A DNA stretch of 64,000 nt, taken from NCBI GenBank assembly GCA_030390025.1, contig CM059432.1:111292001-111356000 (forward strand), given 5' to 3'. The DNA is from Squalus acanthias. Taxonomy: Eukaryota. Under the pieces are notes generated by a model. The model worked only from the letters and a program-made list of their open reading frames with translations. It was not told the origin of the DNA and made no database searches. Position 1 is the stretch's first letter. Each line of letters starts with the position of its first letter. The translations under genes and the position numbers were made by a program. Positions 25,649-36,040 of this stretch are shown piece by piece.

Positions 25649-28600
25649 CATAGAAAAAAATAGGAGCAGGGGTAGGCCATTCGGCCCTTCGAGCCTGCTG
25701 CACCATTCAATATGATCATGGCTGATCCTCTATCTCAATACCATATTCCCACTCTCTACCCATACCCTTTGATGCCTTTTGTGTCTAGAAATCTATCTAT
25801 CTCCTTCTTAAATATATTCAGTGACTTGGCCTCCACAGCCTCCTGTGGTAGAGAATTCCACAGCTTCACCACCTCTGAGTGAAGAAATTTCTCCTCATCT
25901 CAGTCCTAAATGTCCTACCCTGTATCCTGAGACTGTGACCCCTCGTTCTAGACCCCCCAGCCAGGGGAAACATACACCCTGCATCCAGTCTGTCTTGCCC
26001 TGTCAGAATTTTATACGTTTCAATGAGATCCCCTCTCATTCTTCTAAACTCTAGTGAATACAGGCCTAGTCGACCCAATCTCTCCTCATACGACAGTCCT
26101 GCCATCCCAGGAATCAGTCTGGTGAACCTTCGCTGCACTCCATCTATGGCAAGTATATCCTTCCTTAGGTAAGGAGACCAAAACTGCACACAGTACTCAA
26201 GGTGTGGTCTCACCAAGGCCTTGTATAACTGTTGTAAGACATTCTTGCTCAAATCTGTACTCAAATCCTCTTGCAATGAAGGCCAACATACCATTTGCCT
26301 TCCTAACTGCTTGCTGCACCTGCATGTTTGCTTTCAGTGACTGGTGTACAAGGACACCCAGGTCCCTTTGTACATCAACATTTCCCAATCTATCACCATT
26401 TAAATAATACTCTGCCTTTCTGTTTTTCCTACCAAAGTGGATAACTTCACATTTATCCACGTTATACTGCATCTGCCATGTATTTGCCCACTCACTCAAA
26501 TTGTCTAAATCACCTTGAAGCCTCTTTGCATCCTCCTCACAACTCACAATCCCACCTAGTTTTGTGTCGTCAGCAAACTTGGAAATATTACATTTGGTTC
26601 CCTCTTCTAAATCATTGATATATATTGTGAATATCTGGGGCCCAAGCACTGATTCCTGCGGTAGCCCACTAGTCACCGCCTGCCACCCCAAAAAAGACCC
26701 ATTTATTCCTACTCTCTGCTTCCTGTCTGTTAACCAATTTTCAATCCATGCCAGTATATTACCCCCAATCCCATGTGCTTTAATTTTGCACACTAACCTC
26801 TTATGTCGGACTTTATCAAAGGCCTTCTGAAAATCCAAATACACCACATCCACTGGTTCTCCCTTATCTATGGTGGCATAGTGGTTAGCACTGGTGCCTC
26901 ACAGCGCCAGAGACCCGGGTTCGAATCTGGCCTCGGGTGACTGTCTGTGTGGAGTTTGCACATTCTCCCCGTGTCTGCGTGGGTTTCCTCCGGGTGCTCC
27001 GGTTTCCTCCCACAGTCCAAAAATGTGCGGGTTAGGTTGATTTGGCTATGATAAATTGACCCTTAGTGTTAGGGGGGGATTAAATATGTGGGGTTACGGG
27101 GATAGGATGGGATATGTTAGGGGGAATTAAATACGTGGGGTTACGGGGATAGGGTGGGATATGTGTCGGTGCAGGCTCGATGGGGATTCTGTGTGAGATA
27201 GCAGGGACAGGGTACTGGATTTGGATGATCAGCCATGATCGTATTGAATGGTGGAGCAGGCTCGACGGGCCGAATGGCCTGCTCCTGCTCCTAGTTTCTA
27301 TGTTTCTATGTTTCTATTTCTATTCTACCAGTTACATCCTCAAAAATCTCCAGTAGGTTTGTCAAACATAATTGCCCTTTCATAAATCCGTGTTGACTTT
27401 GTCTAATCCCGTTGATATTTTCTAAGTGTCCTGTTATCACGTCCTTTATAATAGACTCTAGCATTTTCCCTACTACTGATGTAAGGCTAACCGGTCTGTA
27501 GTTCCCCGTTTTCTCTCTCCCTCCTTTTTTAAATAGTGGGGTTACATTTGCCACCCTCCAATCTGCAGGAACTGTTTCATAATATATAGAATTTTGGAAG
27601 ATGACAACCAATGCATCCACTATTTCCATAGCTACCTCTTTTAGTACTCTGGGATGCAGATTATCAGGCCCTGGGGATTTATCGGCTTTCAGTCCCATTA
27701 ATTTCTCCAGCACTTTTTTTTACTAATACTAATTTCCTTTAATTCCTCCTTCTCACTGACCCTTGGTTCCCTAGCATTTCTGGGAAGTTATTTGTGTCCT
27801 CTTCCGTGAAGACAACCAAAGTATTTGTTTAATTGCTCAGCCGTTTTCTTGTTCACCATTATAAATTCTCCCGTTTCTGACTGTAAGGGACCTACATTTG
27901 TCTTCACTAATCTTTTTCTTTTTACATACTTGTAGAAGCTTTTACAGTCCGCTTTTATGTTCCTTGCAAGTTTATTCTCATACTCTATTTTTCCCCTCTT
28001 AATCAATTTCTTGGTCCTTTTTTGCTGAATTCTAAACTGCTCCCAATCCTTAGGTTTGCTACTTTTTTGGCAACTTTATATGACTCCTCTTTGGATCTAA
28101 TACTATCCTTAATTTCTTTTGTTAGCCATGGTTGGGCCGCTTTTCCTTTTCTGTTTTTGCGCCAGAAAGGAATGTATAACTGTTGCAATTCATTCATTCG
28201 TTCCTTAAATGTTACTCATTGCCTATCCACCGTCATGCCTTTTAATGAAGCTCCCCAATCTATCACAGCCAACTCACTCCTCATACCTTCGTAGTTTCCT
28301 TTGTTTAGATTTAGGACCCTAGTTTCGGATTGGACTACTTCACTTTCCATCTTAATGAAGAATTCTATCATCTTATGGTCATTTTTCCCTAAAGGACCCC
28401 GCACAACAAGATTATTAATTAACCCCTTCTCATTGCACAATTCCCAATCTAGGATAGCCTGTTCCCTAGTTGGCTCCTCAACGTACTGGTCTAAAAAAAC
28501 ATCTCGTACACACTCCAGGAATTCATCCTCCACAGTATTATTGCTAATTTGGTTTGGCCAGTCTATATGTAGATTAAAGTCACCCATGATTACTGTAGTA

Positions 28601-29372
28601 CCCTTGTTACATGCATCTCTAATTTCCTGTTTGATACTGTCCCCTACATAACCACTACTGTTTGGAGGCCTATAGACAACTCCCACCAATGTTTTCTGCC
28701 CCTTGGTGCTTCTTAGCTCCACCCAGACTGATTCTACATCTTGATTTTCTGAGCCAATATCCTTTCTCACTATTGCTCTGATTTCATCCTTTACTAACAA
28801 CGCCACCCCACCTCCTTTTCCTTTTTGCCTGTCTTTCCTTAATATTGAATATCCTTGGATATTCAGCTCCCAGCCTTGGTCACCCTGCAGCCATGTCTCC
28901 GTAATCGCAATTATATCATATCTGTTTCTATCTATTTGCGCTGTTAATTCGTCTACCTTATTACGAATGCTTCGTGCATTCAGATACAGTACCTTTAGAT
29001 TTGTCTTTTTAACATTTTTGGACATCTTAACATTTTTTTGTACAATGGCCCTATTTGTCTTATTACCATTTTTTCTTACCTGGACCCTATTTGTTAGTGC
29101 ACTCTTTTGTTTGTACGCTCTGTCCCTTCCTGACACAATCTGGTTATCCTTACCCCAATCACTTTCCTGCACTGCTTCCTTGTCTTTTCTCTTTAGCATT
29201 CTAGATTTCTCTCCACCGGGACCCTCCCCTCCCCCCTTATTTAGTTTAAAGCCCTATCTCCCTCCCTAGTTATTCGATTCGCTAGAACTCTGGTCCCAGC
29301 ATGGTTCAGGTGTATCCGTCCCAACGGAACAGCTCTCTCTTTCCCCAGTACTAGTGCCAGTCCCCGACGAAT
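25649..29372 (-). mobile_element. CR1/HER1 LINE (ORF1 end plus disrupted ORF2), containing a V-SINE
   Basis: EN ORF 28216-29199 (YLNARS, TETW, GDFN); [18 protein letters not shown]; 3' tail at ~25650-25720. Confidence 0.9.
26871..27310 (+). mobile_element. HE1-like V-SINE
   Basis: A-box TGGCATAGTGG, B-box GGTTCGAATC, V-domain GTGTGGAGTTTGCACATTCTCCCCGTGTCTGCGTGGGTTTCCTCCGGG, CR1-shared tail plus (TTTCTATG)n. Confidence 0.9.
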
Positions 29373-29378
29373 CCTTAA

Positions 29379-30272
29379 GGGGTAAAAATTCAGTTGGTTG
29401 CGCCTCCCGTTAGCGCCTTAAGAGGGCGCTAATGGGGCGCAAAGCCGCTAACGCCCGGGCGCAGCGATGTTTGCGCCGCTCGAGAACTTAACTTGAGATT
29501 GTGCGGCGGCGCTAAAACTTACCGCTGCGACCACCTGCGCGCGCAGATTGTGATGTCATTCCATGCTGCAACACCCTTGTGGCGCCCCGGAGCGGAAATT
29601 GAGTGGCACCCCCTGCCTTATCGCCTGACGCATCCAACGACCAGAAGACTGGAACGCTATCAATCGCTGTGGGGCTGGGGGGGGGCGCTATTTAAAGGGG
29701 GCCTCTTCCTGTCTTTTATTGTTGGTGACATTTTTGAACTACGCATTCTGAGAGAGAGAGGGAGAGACTTCTGGAGAGATTCAACGTTGTGGGAAGGAGT
29801 TTTGGGTACTGAGCAGCACTTTGCAGGTTCATTTTGATTTGCCATTCCTTGTATCGATTTAGCAGAGACTGTGGGAGCTGCACTCTGAGCTCTTTGCCTG
29901 GTACTCTCCATTGTTCTTTCCAGCACATTTGATGTGCAAGTCTCTCCAGGCCGAGATTCAAGGCTGCAATGAACAGGATGTGGATGGAAAGCAAGATTAA
30001 CCATCCCCTTTAAGAACTGGCCCGTGCCATTGTGTGTATGTTCCATTGCTGACTGACATTACATGAGCTTCGCCAGCGCTCTGAGTTAGCGCCTCACTCC
30101 TTGGCCTTTGCGCCTTCAGACAGGTGTGCAGCGCCTGCTTTAGCGCTCCACTCACCTCCCGGGGCGGTAAAAGTGAAGTTTCCAGTCAGTGCCGATAATT
30201 AGCGCCAGGCGCTAATATTTGTGTCCAGACGATATTTGCGCCCCAAATGGGGCGCGACCTAATTTCTACCCC
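29379..30272 (+). mobile_element. Harbinger MITE, 894 bp
   Basis: Same TIRs and subterminal sequence as 19805-23947; TSD TAA. Confidence 0.93.
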
Positions 30273-30379
30273 TAAGACTCTTTACTGCGTATTCCCATAA
30301 GGATTAGGGGAAGTACCTCATCCCTGTTTTGAGTTCCTGAAATTCACCCAAATTCCCATTTATTACGATTTCATCTTAT

Positions 30380-30680
30380 TCATGAGCTCTGGAGAAACTT
30401 TACCGTCCAATACAATATGATCATTACCATTTAACCTCTTATTGAGCTATTCCTCAAAATATACCAGAGAGCAATTCAGTCTGCAAGATGAGAGATGTTA
30501 GTTACCTTTAACACAACAGTCTCCCCCCAAAAACTTCTTTGTTAACACAGTTTAGATGGAACCACGTAGACTGGACTTTTCAAAAATAACATTTGATTAT
30601 CCCCTTAAATTTCAGATAAATTTCCCTTCCCGAGTGCTTGAACAGCAACTCATATCAATGTATATAATCAATTTTAATTT
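30380..30680 (-). pseudogene. Possible degenerate RNase H remnant of ERV pol
   Basis: IIYIDMS (cf. YTDGS), SHLAD*IALWYIL (cf. SAQxAELIAL) and HIVLDG, in different frames. Confidence 0.4.
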
Positions 30681-31139
30681 CTCAAACAAATTATGTCCAG
30701 GCTTGTGGTTTAACAAATGAAGACAAGTAGTTGCAATCACGTTTGGATGCAAGTCTTTTATCTTCCCTCTCGAGCAATCACGACTCCAAATAGTTAATTC
30801 CAAGCATTAAAAAGCAAAGTTTTAAGTCCAATTTTTCACCATGCTGGGACATTCGAGATCCATCAATGTCTGCAGATAAGAACTTAAACTCTGAACATTA
30901 CCAGAGCTCCCACTGCAATTTTCCAGCAAAGTTCAAGCTCTGTAACACCTTGAAGTCATTTTTATATCAAAGAATGACTCTTGGTAATCTTGCACCATCA
31001 GCTGTCATATGGCCCCCCTGCTTCAAAGAAAAAACAAAAAATCCATTGTGGCTTTCCTGCCAGCCCAATGGGTAATTCATCAATTCCTGATTCCCTTTAG
31101 TCACTGTGGGGAAACATCCACTCAAATTAAAGACCTTAA

Positions 31140-32028
31140 GGGGGAAAAATTCAGTATCGCCCCGTTTGGGGCGCAATTATCGGCCGGTCGCAAAGATTAG
31201 CGCCTGGCGCTAATTATCGCCTCCGACTGCAAACTTGACTTTTATCGCCCCTGGAGGTGATTGGAGCGCTAAATCAGGCGCTACACATCTGTCTTAAGGC
31301 GCAAAAGCCGAGGAGCGAGGCGCTAACTCAGAGCGCGGGCGCAGCTCATGTGATGTCAGTCAGCAATGGAACACACACACAATGGCGCCAGCCAGTTCTT
31401 AAAGGGGAGGGTTGATCTTGCTTTCCATCCACATCCTACTCATTGTAGCCTTGAATCTTGGCCTGCAGAGACCTGTACATCAAATTTGCTGGAAAGAACA
31501 ATGGAGAGTACCAGGCAAAGAGCTCAGAGTGCAGCCCCCACAGTCTCTTCTAAATCGATACAAGGAAGGGCAAATTAAAATGAACCTGCAAAGCGCTGCT
31601 CAGTACCCAAAACTCCTTCACACAGCGTTGAATCTCTCCAGATGTCTCTCTCTCTCTCAGAATGCGTGGTTCAAAAATGTCACCAACAAAAAAAGGCAGG
31701 AAGCGTTCGCCTTTAAATAGCGCTCCCCTAGTCCCTTCCTGACTGCAAAACGCTCCCCTCAACCTGTCGTTGCTAGCGGCAGGTGGTAAGGCAGGGGGCA
31801 CCACTCAATATCCATTCCGGGGTGCTACCGGGACGTTGCACGCTCGACTGACATCACGATCTGCGGGCGCAGGAGATCGTGGTGGTAGTGTTTAGCATCG
31901 CCGCAAAATGTCTAGTTAATTTTGCGAGCTGCGCAAACATCGCCGCGCCTGGGCGCTAGTTGCTTTGTGCCCCATTAGCACACTCTTAAGGCACTAATGG
32001 GAGGCGCAACCAACTGAATTTTTCCCCC
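31140..32028 (-). mobile_element. Harbinger MITE, second subfamily, 889 bp
   Basis: TIRs GGGGGAAAAATTCAG / CTGAATTTTTCCCCC; TSD TAA; core shared with 29379-30272 in inverted orientation. Confidence 0.92.
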
Positions 32029-33419
32029 TAAAAATTAAACAATGCCCAAAATGTTCACAAAACACACAGAAAAGAGTTAACATTTTTTTCAAAAGAAGAC
32101 AAACACAAACATCATCAATCATTGTCAACTTTTGTCACACAGCTTCTCGCAGCTTTCAAGTAAATTTAAAGAACTCGACAATTAAAAAGAACTGTTACTT
32201 TTGCAAAATATTTGTGCCTTTAAAACTTGCAAAGATTCTGATCAATTCAATTCAGTAGGTAAAAATATAACACCACCATAAACATTCTGTGAAACAACTC
32301 CATACACAACAATAGCATTTCCTTTTTTATTCCCCTGGTCTCACATACTTAAAATTGGTCAGAATTTTTTTTTAAAATACCAGTTGTTGATGTGATTGCC
32401 TCATGTCCGGAAATAGAGGCTTTCACAAAATTTACACCAACCAGAATTTCACCATGGCCATAATAAAATTCTGGTTTTAATAGGTTAATTAACCTCAATA
32501 ACGTCAATTTAATTCAGACCAATATCTTAAACAAGCCAGTGCCACTTGAAAAAGAGGGAGGAGCTACAGCAAAAATAATATTCACACATGCTTTGTAAAA
32601 ACTTTTAATATTCTCACTGAAAAAAATCCTGTCGAACAGTAGAAATGAATTATGATCTTCCCTTTTCTCCTTTCTTTGTTTCATCATAGGCTAATTTATT
32701 TTTTTCCTTTCAACCCAATTTATAATTACTGATTACTTCTTACTTGTCAAAAACTTAGAGAGTGGGCATCTTGGACTTGCAGTAACCAAATTAAGAAGAC
32801 AATTGATTTAAAATCAAATCAAACAATAACAATTTTTTGTAATCCAATTAAAACAAAGTACTTTCCAAAAGTCCAGATTAATTTTCGACCAGACACGATC
32901 AGAAACCATGGCAACCGTAACTTCAAGGCTGAAGCTTATCTTTTGTAAAACAAACTGCCTCTGATTTACAGTTTGCTGTACAAGCCATCCCAGTCAAAAT
33001 ACATCCACAGCAGTGTCTTTAACTTCAACTACAACTCACAAAGTTTCACCCACTTCTACGTACACAATCTTAAATTGAAATGAACATACCCAACATATTC
33101 ATACTTTCTTAAAACTTCCAACATTCAAGACGAGACTACAAAGGGTTAAACGGCTTTTAGCTCTATGCACAGAGAAGTGGGTGGAGCTAAAACAAACACA
33201 ACAGACTCTTTCAAAGACAGACTTTCAGACAAAAGGAATACTGTAACTTCTTAAATATTCATAGTCAGGAAAACTTCCACACTTTAACACACACTTTCAC
33301 ACAACCTAAAATTCCAGCATCCTTTAAGATTCCTTTCACTCAGCAAATCTTGTGTTTTATTTGTCTCGGCACAGACACTGATAGCGTCCGTGTCAGTAAA
33401 ACTTTAAGTTTCTCTTTTT

Positions 33420-34130
33420 GTTCCTTCCTTTAAATTGTCGTCTCAGCAGCTTTTCATGGCTCCCCAAAAACCTGTTTTTTTCCTTCCTTTGCTGAGTTTT
33501 CAGATTGGTTAGCCTGCAACTTAAATCTTTTTCCCTCTTCATCTCCCACTCTCACTCCTGCTCTTTATGCTTCACCTCCAGTTTCTAAATCCGCTTATTA
33601 CATTCAGTGTGGTCCCAACGAGCACTCCGTTCCTCTAGAGACTGTTTCTGGGTGACCCTAAACGCAACCTTCAGGTCCTCATTGACCTTTTCTGCCTGCT
33701 CTGCCCGAAGTCTCTGTTTGGATAGTTCTTTTGACAAGGCACTACACTAATCCTGATTATTGATACACTGGCTCTCGAGGTATTGTTCTTTATTACACCA
33801 CCTCTATTCCTTTTCCAACTTTTGCTTGAGCCTTTTCCTACTTTCCCTTTCTCCCTCTAATTCCTTCAGAGGTCGGTTTACCACTGCTTCTTTCTCCTCT
33901 GTTTCTTTCCTTAACTTGATCTTTACCTTTTCATCGTTTTTAACCTGCCTCTGATAGGCCAATAACCAAACAGATTTCATTAACCTTGGCCGATACGTGA
34001 ACCCTTGGGTCCACTGTTCAGCCTCCAATACTGCATCATCACCGTCCATAATGACCCAGATCCACCTCTCTCGAAGAGGCAACTTCTCTGCCACATACTT
34101 TGTGACTAACTCATCCATTGTCTTTGCCAT
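33420..34130 (-). pseudogene. ERV 5' ORF: coiled-coil (SMC-like/gag-leader) protein, disrupted
   Basis: ATG at 34130 just after the PBS; MAKTMDELVTKY...KLRKETEEKEAVV..LKELEGERESRKRLKQKLE, continuing past stops to DHTECNKRI*KLE. Confidence 0.6.
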
Positions 34131-34146
34131 TGTCTGCTCTGAACGG

Positions 34147-34164
34147 GTCCCTGTTTGAGTGCCA
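34147..34164 (-). promoter_or_regulatory. Primer-binding site, tRNA-Lys(UUU)-type
   Basis: TGGCACTCAAACAGGGAC vs canonical TGGCGCCCGAACAGGGAC (3 transitions), 5 nt inside the 5' LTR. Confidence 0.85.
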
Positions 34165-34169
34165 AAATC

Positions 34170-34993
34170 TGTAAGATGTTTCAATTCACCATTGTCCTTT
34201 AACCTGTCAAACAGTTTCCAAAGTCCAGACCTGTCGAACAGACAACACAAAACCCAAGGATTCAAGGATAAATTCCTTTACTTAAAATCAGCAAGAGGTT
34301 ACAAGTAAGCTCACACAAAACTGTTGCATATAATACTCCCGATTATATCAAAGCATACACAAGTTTATTCCCTTACTTTAAGATCAAGTGATAATAAGCT
34401 AGCAATACATACGTACTAACACCAGCGAGTGGTCAGTTTGGCGGTGACTAGATGTACGACTTTAACTGGCAACTGACCAAGTTGCCCCCGACTGCAGCCC
34501 CGAGTGTCTTTTTACAGCATCTTTTATACCTTAAAATTTGGCAAACCTCCCACCGCATACGTGTTCCCAACTGTGTGAGTAATGGTCGATAGTTGTTTTT
34601 CTCTTCTTCTTATCAGTGGTCAGTCAGTCAATCAGTGGGCCGCAAGGCCGGTTACATTCCAAAGTCTGAAGGTGTTTTCTGTTTCTGCAAATGCCTTAAC
34701 AGTTCAATAGCTTCTTCTCCACAGAACTCTCAAGGTCTGTTTCCCTTATCTGTTAAAAAGGCAGCTGGCAGCCTTTACATCTTACAACCGTAGCAGTCTG
34801 TTCTACATTTCTTTGTTCCTATCCAAGGTCTTCTTTATCTGTTAACAGTTTTCGTACAAAGTTCTCACAGGAACCAACCTCTCAGCCTCTCGAAGCATGC
34901 TGGTATATTAAATTTGGTCAACTTTTAAATTTGGTCAACTTTTAAATTTGGTCAAGTTACAGCAGAGGTTATAGCAAATGATGTTTTCTTACA
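34170..34993 (-). repeat. 5' LTR
   Basis: About 97% identical by eye to 10459-11263, with one extra AATTTGGTCAACTTTTA unit; TATAAAA at 34522-28 (minus). Confidence 0.92.
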
Positions 34994-35914
34994 CATCTTC
35001 AAAAGCCGTCTCCTACCAGCTGCATCCCAAGCCTCACACACTGCTCAATACACAACATCACCCATGCCCCCTCATCACTCACCTACCTACAATCTGCACC
35101 AATCACGAGGCACATCTCCCATTCCTAGCTTCACCTCACTCCCTTGGAGGAGACGGCGCTGGCCATTCTTGGCAGGGGCATGGCTGAGCCCTTGGCCAGC
35201 GGCGGGGCTGAAAGGATACAAGATGCCGGTATCCTCATACATTATCCTCCTTCTCGCATGCATCTCTTGCTTTCCCGCCCTCCTGTCACCACAACTCCAC
35301 CCTTGTGCGTTCCTCATTTCACACACCCAAGAAATGCAGCCTGCCCAGCCAGTGCTTGACCAAGAAGAGGAAGAGGAGAGAGAAGAAGGAGAAGAAGAAG
35401 AAGAAGAAGAAGAAACACCATCACTCGATTTCACACTCTCAGCCACCAGCTCCTCGAGGTCGTCCTGCAAGGCCATCTGCAGTGTCCCCCACTGAAAGTC
35501 AGCAGCCTTCCATCAGCCATGCTGCAGCCACTAGGGTAGCACTGCATGACATCAGTAGGATAGGCAAAGACACACACAAGACAGTCACTAAGGGAATGCA
35601 TAAGGGTGATTAGTTGATTTCTTGATGTCATATTGGATGGATAGATGTATAAAGTTGGATTGGAAAGTTTGCTTTGTGGTGGCTTTTATTTCAGTATTGT
35701 GACCAAGAGGACGCTGTGATGGTCAGTAACAGAGAGAAGGTAAGGTGTGGGACAAATGTTGAAAGGGGAATTGGGGTTCTGGTCACTGCTACCACAGGCG
35801 GATGATTCTATCCCGGATATCCTGGCCAGAAAGCGGCTGTCTGGGTTGCATCCTTCCTTCTGCATCCTCCTCTTCTGCTTTCTCCTCTTCCCTCTGCGAG
35901 CAGATTATGTAAAG

Positions 35915-36040
35915 CTGAAATAAAAGCAGAAAATGCTGGAAATACTCAGCAGGTCAGGCAGCATCTCGACCTGAGACGTGAACTCTGTTTCTCTCTCCAC
36001 AGATACTGCCTGACCTGCTGAGTATTTCCAGCATTTTCAG
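35915..36040. mobile_element. Penelope-like inverted-repeat remnant (second family)
   Basis: Arms GAAAATGCTGGAAATACTCAGCAGGTCAGGCAGCATCT (35929-66) and AGATACTGCCTGACCTGCTGAGTATTTCCAGCATTTTC (36001-38). Confidence 0.75.

Larger units (their letters stand above)
25120..30330 (-). pseudogene. ERV integrase C-terminal half, split (30330-30276 + 25647-25120) by a CR1 and a MITE
   Basis: EVLPLILMGIRSKES joins MGYSPHELVTGRPMR...; GPY/F-like FEPLYKRLYSIVDK...VYAV...FHINQM. Confidence 0.75.
10459..34993 (-). mobile_element. Env-bearing LTR element / endogenous retrovirus (lokiretrovirus-like candidate), heavily interrupted by nested TEs
   Basis: Paired ~0.8-kb direct repeats TGTAAGA...TCTTACA; 4-bp TSD AATC/CATC (pre-insertion site GAATGCATCTTC seen in the related element at ~1840-1855); PBS, PPT, integrase and env remnants. 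Confidence 0.9.

Noticed and set aside
26871..26950. tRNA genes at SINE heads (also 3164, 48865, 41265)
   Set aside because: A/B boxes run into SINE or LINE bodies; no convincing cloverleaf or terminator
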